A DNA stretch of 64,000 bases from the human T2T-CHM13v2.0 reference genome, Homo sapiens. Below, in pieces: positions 25,218-40,159 of the stretch. Within the stretch, counting starts at the first letter, position 1. Every line of letters begins with the position of its first letter. The notes below the pieces were generated by a model. It was not told the origin of the DNA. It was given only the letters and a program-made list of their open reading frames with translations, and searched no databases. The translations under genes were made by a program, and so were the position numbers. The DNA is taken from assembly GCF_009914755.1 (NCBI RefSeq), contig NC_060929.1; one strand, written 5' to 3'.

Positions 25218-26700
25218 GCTAATTTTCATTATAAAAGTTGTACATCATCATGGCAAAAAATTTATTATACAATATAGAAAAATATAAACAGCACTGGTCA
25301 AAATTCTACCAGCTTAGGTCACCCTAACTCCTAACTCCAATTTTTCCTGGGTAGTTTATTGACAATGGAGATTATTACAGCCTTTCATCCCTACAGGTTG
25401 ATTCTGTAGAGTTGGGTTAGTGAACAAATGCTCCAAGAGATAAAACATGAGGAAAGATGAATGTAGCCAAAATAATTAAGGAAATGTCCACGAGACAATG
25501 GCTCAGGTATAATTGTGCATGTTTAAGTGCTTGGCATAAAGTTCAATGCAATGTAAGTTATTATTATGAAATAAATTAGATCTTGACCTGAGAGGATGGA
25601 GGTAGTTTAGATATGTGCAAAGGAAAGGAAGAGGGAAAACCATAGAATAAGGAAACAGAGGTATGAGTGTGGGACCCGAAGGCAGGAGTGCAGCCTGGCT
25701 GGAGTAGAGAGTTGGAGAGGCAGCTGGAGCTCACAAGGGAAGGACAAAGGCAGAGGCTGGACCTCAGAGGATCCTAAACAGAAAAATCAAGGGTGGGAGT
25801 CACCGTAGATTCACGAAGAAAAAAATGACCTAAAGAGTGGTGTGTCAGTTCCAGCTTCCGTGCCCTTCCTCAGGGCAACACCAGGATCCACTTCTATAAT
25901 GGGAACACACTGAAATAGCTACCTGCCCCCTAAGAGGCCTTTGAACACAGGCATTGCCCACAAGTGCCACGGGGCCTCCCAAAGCCTGCCCTTCTTTCAC
26001 TCCTCCCTTTATTTCCCACTCTATTTTTGTTTTCCCTTCTCAGATTACTGCTCCTTGTTCAACTTCCCCTCACTGGCTCTCCTGCCTCCTTCCTTGTCCA
26101 GAGCAAGAATACCATAACAAGTGAAAAAAAGCTTTGGGCTATTCACAGTAAATTGATCCCCCCTGTAAGAAGTGCTAACTCTCTTGTTTTAATTACTCTG
26201 GGCTTCTTGGAGTGAACAACTTATTCTCAAAAGGTCACATAAGCCCTCTCTTTCCTGGCTTTCTGGCTAAAGGAGTTACAGGGCAGCACTTTGCCTATCT
26301 TACAAGATATTTATAATGAGTGCAGCTGGCCTTTATGGAGTATATCTGCATCCCAGGATGGGGGGAAAAAACCCTGGACTTTCCCAAGGTCACTCTGTAG
26401 AATAGACCTGCCTTTTGATGCAGAAAAATGTGCAACCTCATTCTTAGCCTGAGCTCGGAATCACAACCCTGTGTTTTATTCCCCCAGAGATCCCAAGTTC
26501 TAGATCAACATTTCTCCCTCCAAGAGACCTTTTAAAATATTTTAAACACTGCGTAAAGCAAGTTTAACTTGGGTGCGAAGGAGCCTAATTTGACTCTGCT
26601 GTTAAATTAATAAACATTTCAAGACAGGCAATTCTTTTGCTATTATTAAGGGTTAAGGCTGAGGCAAAATAAACAATTTTAGGAGGCAAAAGTTAGATAG

Positions 26701-27080
<380 letters not shown>

Positions 27081-28985
27081 TGAAGCTTTTTATAATGTGA
27101 ACATACTGATAAATTTGGTACAATGAGAAATTTCACTTGTTCACCATAAATGATTTTTTAAAAAAAACCTTATTGTTTCAAGATGTCAACTTTCAGAATT
27201 GACATGTAAAATATATTGAAACATGGTTATTTTCAATAAATTTTCTAAGCCCAAAAACATTGAATAAAACCTAAGATATGATTTGTGAGATGTGTGTCGA
27301 CCAAGAAAAATTATGTAAGATGTGTGTCTCAGTTATTGATTAATCCAAAAGTTGTAGAGTTGAGCCATGATCTCCAGAAAGTGCCCAAATGACTATATGT
27401 ATGTATGCAATCCGTGATCCAACTGGCCTACTCCAGAAGAGATTTTTTTTGTTTTGTTTTGTTTTGAGATGGAAACGGGGAACCCTCTAAGCTTTGTTTG
27501 TACTTCCCGTTTCTAACAAAAATAAATGAATTATTTTCAGAGAGGGGTCTACTCTGAGGACATGAGGCCTCCCCATCTGGCATCTTGCTCTGGTCAGGTG
27601 AACCAAGCCCAGTACTTTAGCCAGTCTTTAGTCCTTTCCAAGGTCATGTTTTTAGAATAAAGTTCCCTGCTGCATTTAGTACAGTGGAAATTTTGCCTTC
27701 AGTTTCCTGCTATAAATTATACTCATGTCTTTTTCTAAAACACCACAAGATCCTCTTAGATCCCTCCATCCTACAGCCTTTCTCAATATCCTGATTGATG
27801 TTTCTCTACTTTCTGTGCTTCAGAGTAAGAGAAATTCCTTTAAACTGTCTTTTCAAAGAGATTTGCACCCTTATTCTCTTCTAGGCCCTATGACCAGCCC
27901 TAGAGCACCAAACTTATGCCAGCTTTTAAGAAAGAGGCTCTTCCTGGGTTCTTTGGAGTTTGAAAAGCTGGAAAGAAACATTGCTGTCATCTATTTCAAC
28001 CTCCTCATTTTACATATAAAGAAACAGAGAAGCAGAGAGGTCATATGGCATGACCATGGCCACTTCTTCACCCACTGGTTGTAGCTGTAGCATCTTACAT
28101 ATGTGGTGTGCAGATGAGTTCAAACAGAAGGGCCAGTTGATAAAACCATAAATAAAAATATCCGTTTGTTAATTGACATGAAAGTTATAATAATATTAAA
28201 TAGTCTATTTTGGCAGGGAGTGGGGAAGACATATTTTGTTTCTGAAAAAAGTCCTACGGATGATGTATTTTCTTTTGGAATATTCTGAAGCTTCAGTTTA
28301 AGTGTCCAGGCAACGAGAAGTATTTCCCGTTAGATTGTAGAGAATGCCTTAACAAAGATTCTGTTTCTCAAAACACGGGATAACCAATCTAGGATAAAGA
28401 ATCAAAGTTTCTTTTTTTGTTTTTCTTTTTTTTTTTTTAAATTTCCTAGTAGACTTTTGAGCTGTTTTTCTTAGCTGAAGAAGCTCGACAAGGGAGATTA
28501 CAACATAAGTTTATAAAGGCTCTGGATTCTGCTCTATCTATGGCTTATCAAAGAGTTATCTGGATCCTCTTGGGACATAGAGGTGACCTCAGAAAATATA
28601 CAATTAAGTATTTCAAGTTTGAAAGTACACTTTATCCTTTTCTGTCCTATCTTTTTTCCTAGTTACTTCACTTCTATTTTTCCCTCTACTTTCCAATAAC
28701 TGGAGTGCTGGAAGAAGTTTAATACAACCACTACATTCAGTGCTTCTCTGGTATATTAATATTTTCCTCAATAGTCAACAAGTGGCTGCCTGGTTTCTTC
28801 CTTAACATGTCTAATGTCTTAAAGTGTCCATCCTATTTTTAGCTTGTTCTGTTGTTTATAAATATCTCTTTATCAACCCCAAATTTGTCTTTCTGTAATT
28901 TTTGCCAGTGGAATCTTGTTTTGTCTTCTGGAGTGACAGAGATTTCTAATACTTGTTAACATGACAACTCTCAAGATATAGTTAT

Positions 28986-29423
28986 TGTTGAAAGTCACAC
29001 TCCATGGATCATTGCTGTTTCCGCATGTCTTTACAGCAGAGGCAGTGACAATATTTTGTTCTTTTCAAAGAGATTTGTTTAGAGATCGTATCTCCCTTTC
29101 CCTAAAAAAATGGCTGGGCAGGTTTGCTTGCAGCCCATTATGAAAGACTGGGTTTTCCTAAGCTCAGAGTTCCCCTCCTGTAATGCAGCCCATTGTGTGT
29201 GCAAGCACCATCTGGCTTTTTTTGTGTTGCCCTGTGGGAACTGGAGCTTAAGGAATTGGCACAGGAAAATGCTGATACTCAGTGTTGTGATTGCTGTAAA
29301 TGATAAACTGTCCTTTGCCTCTGACCCAGAGGTCTTGTGTCTTCTGCCGGCATCCATGAAACTGTGGCAAACTAGTTATCCTGTAAGTAGGGTAAAATCT
29401 CAGATCCTACCTTGTTCTTGATG
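28986..29423 (+). mobile_element. LTR40-family solo LTR (ERVL)
   Basis: TGTTG... start; TCTGACCCAGAGGTCTTGTGTCTTCTGCCGGCATCCATGAAACTGTGGCA...GTAGGGTAAAATCTCAGA; 5-bp TSD GTTAT at 28981-28985 and 29424-29428. Confidence 0.75.
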
Positions 29424-30335
29424 GTTATCATATTCCCCCAGGATAAACAATTCCAGCAACTTCAACCACCCTATATAATTTTCAGGTGCTTTGAATTATC
29501 TCTTATCCTTATCAAAAATTCTGGATGCTCTTCAGTTTGACCATCTCCTTGGTACCTAGAAAGGAAAATAATAGTTCATAGGTAGTCGGACTAAAATGAG
29601 GGGAATCAAATTATCACTTACTTTGTTTTGAAAACCGCATGACGTTTTATACCTGACTCCCTCATTATCGTATTCATTGCAGTCTCCATCTTTGTATCAC
29701 CTGTAAATTGGCTCAGCAAGCCTTCTATTTATTTATCCACATTAATGATAAAATTTTGAACATATCTGAGCCAGAGAGAGAGAGAGTCCTGGGCCTTGCC
29801 ACAGAGATCTCAATGCACATAAGAAGTCAATTGGCAGCAGTAATTGTAAGCAACTGCTCCCATGGAAAGCTCCATGGAGCACGTCCATGGAGATGTTCAA
29901 GGACGGCGAGCATATGAAGCATGATGACTTATACAAGTCATGCAGTGAAGCTTCAAAAGGAAACCACCAAAGTGATATTTGTGTAGCTTCCAGAGCTCAG
30001 CTAAAATGCCATGGATTCAAATGGGCAAGTGAAAGTCAACACTGAGTGGTGACAAGGGACTCTGAACACATTGTCTAGGACTTAAAATTCACTGGCACTG
30101 AAAAGACTTTTGGCTACACCTCCACGTCTCTGCCCAGCACTGTAACTGTTTATACATAATCATGCCTTATTTGCCTGAGGAAAACTTTTCCTCGAAGGGA
30201 TTATCAGTTATTTATTCATCAGCTAGAGATAGCACAGGGTAGTGAAAGAGTGCATGCCTGGGACTCTGGCAACCTGGGTTCATTACTGTTTCCATAAGGA
30301 GTTAGCTTAGAGGCTTTTGAAAATCACTTAATTTT

Positions 30336-30641
30336 GGCCAGGTGCGGTGGCTCACGCCTGTAATCCCAGCACTTTGGGAAGCCGAGGTGGGCAGATACCC
30401 GAGGTCAGAAGTTCGAGACCAGTCTGGCCAACATGGTGAAACCTGTCTCTACTGAAAACACAAAAGTTAGCTGGGCATGGTGGTGGATCCCTGTAATCCC
30501 AGATACTCAGGAGGCTGAGGCAGGAGAAATGCTTGAACATGGGAGACAGAGGTTGCAGTGAGCCAAGATAGCACCACTGCCCCCCAGCCTGGAGTCTGAG
30601 GTGGACAGACTCCATTTCAAACAAACAAACAAACAAACAAA
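30336..30641 (+). mobile_element. AluS with (AAAC)n tail, inserted in a MIR relic
   Basis: Full dimer; degenerate TSD GAAAATCACTTAATTT / GAAAAACATTTAATTT. Confidence 0.93.
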
Positions 30642-31129
30642 GAAAAACATTTAATTTCTCTGGGCCTCATTTTTTTTCATTTGTAAATTCAGTTTGGGCC
30701 AATCTCTAAATTCTGTTTTACTTCCTAATAAACATTTATAGCTAGAATTTTGGGAACAATTTGCTGAATACCAATATGAAAGAGGCTTGAAGAACTTGGA
30801 TAGTAAGCCCCAGGTCACATGGTCCATGTGAAGCAAAGCAGGAATTTGAATTCAGTTTGCCGTGAATGCCTTCCTATCTACAAAATAGAACCAGGCTTCA
30901 AGCAAATAGAAAAAACTATAGGAATAAGGAAAATTCTAGAAATAGAAATAAGGTTTTCCGGGAAACACTAAATTGCGTTAACATTCTGCTGAAGTTATTA
31001 TTGGCGTTTTTATGAAACCTCCAGGAAAAGAGGATTTATTAGCTAAAAAGTAGCTTTTGACAGGTCTGTGAGGTTGTTCGGTATACAGTTTTGTTTTGTT
31101 TCGGATAGATCCTCATCCTGTTTGCATTC

Positions 31130-31300
31130 AGCCTCCAGCTCTCACAATTTCTGTGACCTTGGGAAAATTAATTTTTTTATACCTCATTTCCTCATCTGTA
31201 AAATGGGCATGGTATGAATAGCATCTGCTCCACACAGGTTTTTACGAGAACTAAATGGGAAGGTGAGAATAGTATCTAATAAGCTTGTAATAAATATTGG
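31130..31300 (+). mobile_element. MIR
   Basis: CTGTGACCTTGGGAAAATTA...CCTCATTTCCTCATCTGTAAAATGGG. Confidence 0.7.
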
Positions 31301-34300
31301 CTTAATAAATATTACATTGCAGAAGATATTTTTTACATGGGTAGCTTGCTGAAATCCTAAATTATTTAAATATGTGCCAAAGCACAAAACTCTGGAATTA
31401 GACTAATAAGTGTAAACTTTATAAAATTTTTCTTTATAATTGTTTCATTTGTTTTTCCAAATTCAGAATATAATAAAGAAAATGTTTAGTTAGAGTGAAG
31501 ATTAATTTGAGCTCTGTGCTTGAAATAAAAGCTTTATCTTTGGAACTAGCACAGACCTCTAGGCATTGAGAGAACAAGTTTCTCTTTTTCATTCCCAGAA
31601 GTGCTCTTTCATCATACATATTTTTTTTCTTTATATGAGCCAACTTTCAAAATATTTGGAAGAAGAAAGGATTCATTCTCAGGTTTCTCATTATTGCTTT
31701 GCTGGTGACCTTGGGAAAGTCAATTAAATTCTTTCATGTTTTTCATAACATGGAAATAATAAGTGAGACTATTCAGCACATAAATCAATGATTTGGGAGT
31801 GCTTAAAATCCTGCAAAAATATGAAATACCAGAATATTACTATTTGAAAATAATGAATTTCTGTTTGTGTTCCAAAAACAAAATAATCACATATTTTATT
31901 GATAAAGGAAGGTACATCGCACATGTGACAAATGCTATTTCCTAGTCCCCAGTTAACATATTCAATGCTGAAACATGGAGGATTTATTGTGGATGTTCTG
32001 TAGCAGTGTAATCCTTGCCCCTTGCCAGCCTGCCTCCCCCTCTAAGATAAGTAGAGACTTTTGCCGCTATTTTTAGTTTGAAATTAGATTTAAATAGGGA
32101 AAACATTAATCTCGTGATTACCCTCCTCACAGAATTCCAAGCCTGAGCTTTCACAGAGGTCACACTGTTCCTTAGAGTGATCTGTAACTGAAGTTTCAAA
32201 GAATACCCAGCTAGTGAGTCCAGGAATGAAACTATGTGTTTATTTAAATATCTCACCAAGGAGGGCAAAATATGAGAATGATGTGTCCTCTAACATTTGC
32301 AAAGAAATCTTTGGCAATAAATCCCAATGACTCTTTGGAATTGGATAGCTCTGCTCAGTATGTTGGACAGATTTACAGGATATCAGGTTATGGGGCACAG
32401 CTTTTGGTGATGATATTTCTATGGAAACAAGACCTCTGGGGAGATGTCTACAATTTGTGCACCCTACAGGACTTCTCTGGGAGGTCAAGTGCAGTAGGCC
32501 CTGTGGTTAGCTGCCATCTTGCCCTAGCTCCTCTTCTTAGAGTAACTTTCCTCTTTGGCCCTGGAAAAGACCTGCCTGGTTTCTTGGATTGTTCTATATT
32601 ACCGAATCATTATTTTGTTCTATATTACCGAATCATTCTTTGCTTACCTTTGTGGATAATTAGAATTTAAGAGGTGAAGTTTTCTGAATATTGCCAGGCC
32701 TTATGTTTTATTTATTAATTAATTCATTCTGAACATGCAATGCTGAGTGTCCATTGTGTATCAGGCACTGTACAAGATCCTCATTAGCGTTACAAAGAGA
32801 AAAAACAGAGTACCTACTCTCAAGGAGTGTACATTCTAGTTAGGGAGCAGAAAACGTTCTGCTTTTATGAATACCTATTGACTCCTTAGTAACTTTTGAA
32901 GAAGCTAACCTTTTGATAAAATTTTGCCCATTTAAGTTTGGTTTGCATTTTACCTTCTAGAAACAAAATTTTCGTTAGTTTTTCAGTGAATATGATTTTA
33001 AAGCATTTCATAGAATTTAGTAAAATATGATATATGAGTAAATGTTATTGAAATATGTTAATGTTTTGAATGAGTTCTTCAGATTCCAGAACTGCTCAAA
33101 GTTTCATTTCTGAAAATGGGTTTAAGACAGATTTAGAGAAAATGCTTGGATTTAAGTCAAATAAAGAATCTTAAGTTATAGGAAGACAAATTAAATATGT
33201 TAAGTTATGACTAGAAACAGTTATCTGGGTAACTGAGACCCCTTTTTTCCCAGGAATCAGTGCTTATGTCTGTATGTGGAGAGGGGTTGATATTCAGATC
33301 AACTGATCTATGAACAGTATCCATACTGCCCAAAACTTCTGAGGATAGAAATTATTTGTAATCATCCTTAATTACCTTATATTTCCTAGCCAACACACTG
33401 CCTTGCATATAATAAACATTCAACAATTATTTGCTGCATAGCATTGAAGTGAATTGAATTAAGTCAAGTGTCTAAATATCTGCTTATCCCCATGACCACT
33501 AACCACTGGCTGTGATAAACTTTCTTGGTTTGACTCTTAATATTGAAAACACAAGGGCCTGTTCCTGACTTTTTCTTTCTACCCTCTGTGTCTCATTTAA
33601 AAAATTACTAGTAGGCCCACTGTGAGTGAATTTTGTTTTTGTGTGTGGATTTTCCTTAGGACTAATTTCATTTGGGGCTGAGCTTTTCCTTCTAACCCTC
33701 CCTTGAGTCCTATGTAAACAACATATTTAAAAATAGAAATGTATTGATTTTTTAAAAGATGATCCCATACACGAGGTATATAAAATTACTGCTTTTAAAA
33801 AGTCACTGCCTCTCCCTCATCCAGCTTGAAATAGCATTTAGTATAATAAACATTTACTTACTAAACATACTGGAACAGAAGAATTGGGTGACAGATTATT
33901 TTATGTTTAAACATCCACTGGCAAACACTAACCAACTCTTTTTCAAGTTAACTAGACTGGGTCTTTTTGGCTGGAAGCCTCTCTTCACTCAGCTGAAATG
34001 GCACTCTGCATGTTTTAAGGAGACACACGGATTTCCAAACTTAATCTTTAAATCCCTAATACTCGGTCTGTGCTATAATTCACTAATTCTCTTCTTGTTA
34101 AAAGACAGTCTTAAAGAGGAGGAGTGAAATTATTTTTAAAAAATCAACAGCAAACTTCGAAATGTGTGTGTAAGCTTTTTGTTCAAGGGAATCAGAATGG
34201 ACTGCATGTTTGTTTTCACATTTTCATGCATCCATTTTCCAATATTATAGATTTAGTAGCCAAGGTCTAAATTGATACAACTTGTTCCTTTGTTTAATAA

Positions 34301-35427
34301 TTTATTTGACAAAAAGGCATAGAGAGTTTCCTGTGTGGAAGGCATCTTCTCAGTGGACACACACTGTCTCAGATAGCATCATCACCTTCACTTAACCTAT
34401 TTAAGATCCAAGACAGGAGCTAAGGATCACAAACATCTAGCAGGTTACAGTCTGAGTGTGGGCAAATAGGCTGAACGGTAGGTCACTGCTGGTTGGACAC
34501 TGTGGAGGAAGTGCCATTTATCTTAGATCCTGAAGAACAGGGGGAATTCTAACATGCAAAATCAGAAGAAAAGAAGAAAAATAAATTATGTGGTGAAAAA
34601 AGTACAGGACTGGAAAGCAACAGATCTGGGTTCTGGCCTCTATCAGAAATTGATTTCATGAGCTCTAGTACCTCAAGCTTCTCATTTATAAAATGAAGAA
34701 TTGGGCTAGATGATCTCCAGCTTCTTTTCCAGTTCTACCATTCTGTGACTATATGGCACTTCAAACGAGGGGAATGACCTGAGCAAAGATATAGATTTAG
34801 TATGAATGGTAATGGATGAACAGTAATCATGATGAGCTGGTATGTAGGGTTCATGATGAAGAAAATAACAGTAGGCTTTGGTTTTGAATATCAAGGTGAG
34901 ATTACCTGGAAAAATATTAGTGATCATAACAAGATCTGATATTAAAACAGTATTTTGATTGTAGTTTGGAAAAGCAAAACCTTTCAGTTTGCTTTACCCA
35001 TCTTCTGACACTCAGAAAATAGTACTGAATGGCCAGATACTTGCATGAAGTTTTGTTGCTCTTCTTGTTGTATTTCCAGTTGCTCCAATTAATTGCTTCA
35101 GGAAAGTTTGGTGATTTCTTGCTCTTCTCAGAGAGAAACCAGTCCCAATGGTGGGTAAAATTTAGACATTTGGGATGTTTAAGAAACAACGATATCAATC
35201 TTGGCATCTCAGAGGAGGAGCCAAGGCCTTCTGGGGGCATCAGAAACCTTTCTTTCTAACCTGTTTGTTATATAGGTTGCTGGTTTTTGTCAACAAGTTG
35301 GTGGTTTTGGAAATACATGAAAGAAGATGTACTATTTCAGGTTATAAAATCCTTGTGAAGGATATCTTTTTGTGAGCCAGGCTTAGTCAAGTCAAAGTCA
35401 CTGGGAGGTGCCATGAGACGCCCTCAC

Positions 35428-35474
35428 TACACACACACACACACACACACACCCATACACACACACACACACAC
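35428..35474. repeat. (CA)n microsatellite
   Basis: Visible dinucleotide run with one interruption. Confidence 0.95.
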
Positions 35475-35853
35475 GAAAAGTAAAGTTCTTCCAGCTAAAC
35501 AGAGCTTCATCTTGCTGTGCATTTCTTTGCCGTCCTAAAGCATCATAGCTCCTATGTGAAGAGCAAGGAGTAGGGGGCTGCAACAGTTTGGACTTTATTT
35601 GAAGGACAGGGAGGAGTAATTGTTTTTGTTTTTTTATTTTTGAGTAGAGAGTGGTTTTATTTGAATCTTTCATTAGTAAGGTTGATTTGGAGACAGAATA
35701 CAGTTCGGATGAGACAAATTGGAGTAGGGAGACTGTACAGGCAGAGAAATCTGCTAGGATGTATTATGAGAAGCTTAAAATAGATAATAATAGTAAGACT
35801 AGAATGGAAGAAATTTTTTAAATGTTGAGAAGGAAGACTAGAATGATGTAGAA

Positions 35854-36161
35854 CAGTGCTGTCCAGTAGAAATATAAAGCAATCTACATATGTAATCTAA
35901 ACTTTCTGATGACCACATTAAAACAAGACAAAAAGACATAGGAGAAATTAATTCTAATAATATATTTTATTCAACTCAGTCATTTCAACATGTAACTAAT
36001 TTTTAAAAAATATTAGTGAGATATTTTATATTCATGCTTTTTGTACTAAGTTTTCAAAACTTGGTGTGCACTTTGCACTTACAGGTCTCAATTTAGACTA
36101 GCCAGATTGTAAGTGCTCAGTAGACACATGTGGTTAGCTGCTACCATATTGTTCAACACAG
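35854..36161. mobile_element. MER33/MER3-type hAT-Charlie MITE
   Basis: CAGTGCTGTCCAGTAGAAATATAA... start and ...CACATGTGG...CTACCATATTGTTCAACACAG end (degenerate TIRs). Confidence 0.75.
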
Positions 36162-37261
36162 CTCTGGAATGATGACAAATTGCATAAATTGGACTAGAAG
36201 AAGGGGAGGGAGAATCTGAGGGATTGAGTCTAAAAAAAGAAGAGTGCCTCCTTTATTAAAACTGGAAATATCAGAAGATGCATATGATTGAGGAAGAGAG
36301 TGGGGATAGAGGATGAGCAAGTAATGATTCCATCATTTTGACTTAAAAGGGCCAGTAAAACACCTGTTGGGGGATATGTGGCAGGCAACCGTAAAAGTAG
36401 GGTTATTCAGCATGGAAGACAGAACTCAAAATGGAGATACAGCCTTGGGAGCTGGTTCTAAGAGCATGAACATCAGAAATGGTGATATTCAATGTGGTTA
36501 CTAGTGCAGAGGTACGGAGAGAGGAGAAAGCCTTGAGCAACCCTGAAAGTGGAGGGTTCAAGGAAGAAGGTGATTTGGCAAAGGAGAAAGGGTCACAGTC
36601 GAAGGCTGGGAGGAGAGCCAGTTCTAGCAGTGCCTGAGTGAGGGATTGTTGAGCTGAAGTCTACCCAGGATTAGGAAGGCACATAAGGCAGGAGAAAAAT
36701 GGAAGCACAAGAAGAAACTTATGGTAACAAAGGGGTGTTTCAAGTTTGAATTTCATTCTGCCATTAGCTAACTAGATAACTTTAGAGAAATGACTCCATC
36801 TTTCTAAATCTTTGTTTTCTAATTGTAATAACAAAATAATAGACGCTAATACATACTACTTGCTTATTCTCCTATATGCCAGACACTTTGTTAAGTGCTT
36901 TAAGACCATTATTTCATTTCATTTTTATAAAAAACATTGTAAAATATATTTTAGGGGTTATGCTGACATAAGATATTATTAGATGATAATACAATCAAGG
37001 CACCTATTTTTAACTTATCTTAGACAGCTTGCTTCCTAATGAAGCTCTTATGAAGTAGACAGATGCATAAGGGACATGAAAAATAGCAAGTGTGGTACCC
37101 TTTACATTTTCTGGGTTCTGCCTTGAACCCCAACTTAAGCGTCTAATAAAAAGGCTGAAATGCATGAGCCTTTTCACTCCTCCGTGGGAGACCATGACTC
37201 AGCTCACCACCCAGCAGTTTAAAGGAGACGTGCCAGAGACAGACACACTCATGTGCACATC

Positions 37262-37573
37262 TTTCTTTCTTTTTATGAGACAGAGTCTCATTCTGTCACT
37301 TAGGCTAGAGTGCAGTCGCATGATCACAGCTCATTATAACCTCGACCTCCCAGGCTGGGCTCATGTGACCCTCCCGCCTTAGTCTCCAGAGTAGCTGGAA
37401 CCACAGGTGCCCACCACCTCACTTGGCTATTTTTTTTTTTTTTTTTTTTTTTTTGTAGAGACGAAGTCCTACTGTGTTCCTCAGGCTGGTCTTGAACTCC
37501 TGGGTGCAAACAATCCTCCTACCTCGGCCTCCCAAAGCGCTGGGCTTACACGCATGAACTATGACACCCAGCC
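37262..37573 (-). mobile_element. AluJ
   Basis: Diverged dimer with ATCACAGCTCA and CTTGAACTCCTGGG..CAA.CAATCCTCC AluJ features and a long central T run. Confidence 0.9.
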
Positions 37574-38168
37574 CATGCATCCAACTTTCTTGTGCACAGT
37601 GACCTACCACTAGTAAAAATGGCTCAATAAATTACCTGGTCTCTAACCAACCAGGTTAGTTGAGGGTGTAAAGAGGAGTGATGGCAGAGGGGTGGATAAA
37701 TTAAATACTCTCTGACTTTTCTTTGAGGTCTCCAGGAAGTTTTCTTGTCCCTATTTTATGAGAAAATTGAGGCCTGAAGAACTTCCTGGAGACTTGACTT
37801 TTGTCAAGTGGCAGAACTCAGATTCAAAAGCAGGCCTGACTGATTCCTAAGGTTCTTAATAATTGAACAAACTTAGAACTAGCATTCTACATTTCTGCAA
37901 GTATTTTATTAGAAAGTAGGATTCTCACCAATTTATTTTGACTTCTAAAGTCATATTATTTATATTACACTTCACTGTCTTTTTTTGTTATTGCTAACTT
38001 CATTTCTACAAGGCAAATTAGTTTAGTTATATTGCACTGACATGCGAGAAAACATAGGCAGAGGGTGTCGAGGGAAATAACATTTGCACAGTTATTTGGA
38101 ACTAATGTTATTACCTAGCTGCCTTCTTGGCCTAGTTTTGATTTTAATTATTTTATCTCACATTTCAA

Positions 38169-38226
<58 letters not shown>

Positions 38227-38447
38227 GTATATATATACATACATACATATATACATACATACATATATATATACACACACATATATATGTATTTGAAATG
38301 TGAGATAAACGTAAAATATATTTGTATATATATTTTATGCCTCATAAATTCAGGAAATTTTGCATTTATTTTATATATATGAAATTTTCTATACATACTA
38401 TATATACATATTATACACACACACACTCACACACACACACACACACA
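38169..38447. repeat. Compound (TA)n/(CA)n/(TACA)n microsatellite cluster
   Basis: Visible runs at 38169-38290 and 38414-38447. Confidence 0.95.
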
Positions 38448-38889
38448 GATCTAGTTTATATATATTTCTCCCAAGATCAACATCATTTCTGTCAGCTTAG
38501 CCACATACTTTCTTAGGCTGTGGAGGCATATGAACCTCAGAACACCAGGTTATTATATTAGGTTTGCTCCTAATATCAACTTTCTCTTTTCAATTTGATC
38601 TAAACTGTTAGGTGAGGATCTAAAAAAAGATTAAGATTGGGGAAGGATAACAATTCAGGCTTTTGGTACAGGCTGACCTTGATCATTTTTGTCTTGTGTT
38701 TGAAATAAACCTCCCGTCATTTAATTCAGACCTCACCATCCATATCCTCTTAAACAGATTATTTGTCATCTAGAATCTGAGCTTAAAATGACTTTGGTTT
38801 CTTCAAGCCAATACCAGCCAACTTTTTGTGTAAGTGGCCAATTTAGAAATCTAAGCTATGATTTTCATTCATTCAATCATAGCAAAATA

Positions 38890-39120
38890 GTCATTATTTG
38901 TACAGTGCTTTCTAAATACAAGGTCTTGTATATGCTGTTCATGAATTAATTTATTTAATTTTCATATTATTCTGTGAGTTAGCTGCTATAATTATTCTTA
39001 TTGTATTGAAAGTAAATCTAAGCAGAGGGCATTTAGGTTACTTGCTCAAGATCATACAACTAGTAAATTGGAGAGCTGGGATTCAAGACAATGTGGCTTT
39101 AACTACTAAGCTATGTTATA
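38890..39120 (-). mobile_element. MIR
   Basis: TTAGGTTACTTGCTCAAGATCATACAACTAGTAAATTGGAGAGCTGGGATTCAA. Confidence 0.65.
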
Positions 39121-39777
39121 TTTCAAACAGAGGACATGAATGCCTGGAATGCACAGCAACATTCTAAAAATTTTAGGCCCCAATTATAATTTTTTAATCA
39201 AAATGACAAGCTAATTGGAAACTTGGTTATTTCAATCTATTAATATTTATTTATTTAGCATCCGTGACACAGCAAAGCAAGAGAGGATATGGTAATGCAT
39301 AATGATAACACAAAGTCCTTGCCCTTGAGGCATCTAGTTGGGAAGATGAAACTGCCACATGGAATATTCAGAGAGCAATAAAAGTGTGTAGTTAAATGCT
39401 GAGTCATGTGGTGTATTAAGACGTGTACTAGAAGAGCATGGAGAAGAAGAAGAATGCAAAAGACCAGTGGTCAGGAAAAGACTTGTAGAGTCCTTAACAT
39501 TTAAGATAGGGAGAAACAGGGTGAGGAGAGAGGCTATAAGGAGACCCTGGCAAGATGAGTAAGAGGAAGGTGACTGGAATATCAGAGAGTGGAATGAATG
39601 TGGTATGGTTTCTATATTCTTCATTCCCTTGGTCTCTCTTCTGTCTCTGTATGCAAATACATACATGCATGCATATTTGTGCTGTATATGAGTATATATA
39701 GGTATACTTCACAGATTTATAATGTTTGTTTTGTACCAGTATTAAAATGTCTCTGATAAACTCAGAAACATGATGGG

Positions 39778-40159
39778 AGTGATGGTTAATACTGAGCGTC
39801 AATTTGATGGGATTAAATAATACAAAGTATTAATCCTGGGTGTGTCTGTGTGGGTTTTGCCAAAAGAGATTAACATTTGAGTCAGTGGGCTAGGGAAGGC
39901 AGATCCACCCTTAATCTGGTGGGCACAATCTAATCTGCTTCCAGTGAATATAAAGCAGGCAGAAAAATGTGAAATGTTGAGAAGGACCTAGCCTCCAAGC
40001 CTACATCTTTCTCCTGTGCTGGATGCTTCCTGCCCTCAAACATCATACTCCAACTTCTTCAGTTTTGGGATTCCCGTTGGCTCTCCTTGCTTCTCAGCTT
40101 GCAGACAGCCTACTGAGGGACCTTGTGATCATGTGAAACTCAATCTTAGTAACCTTCCA

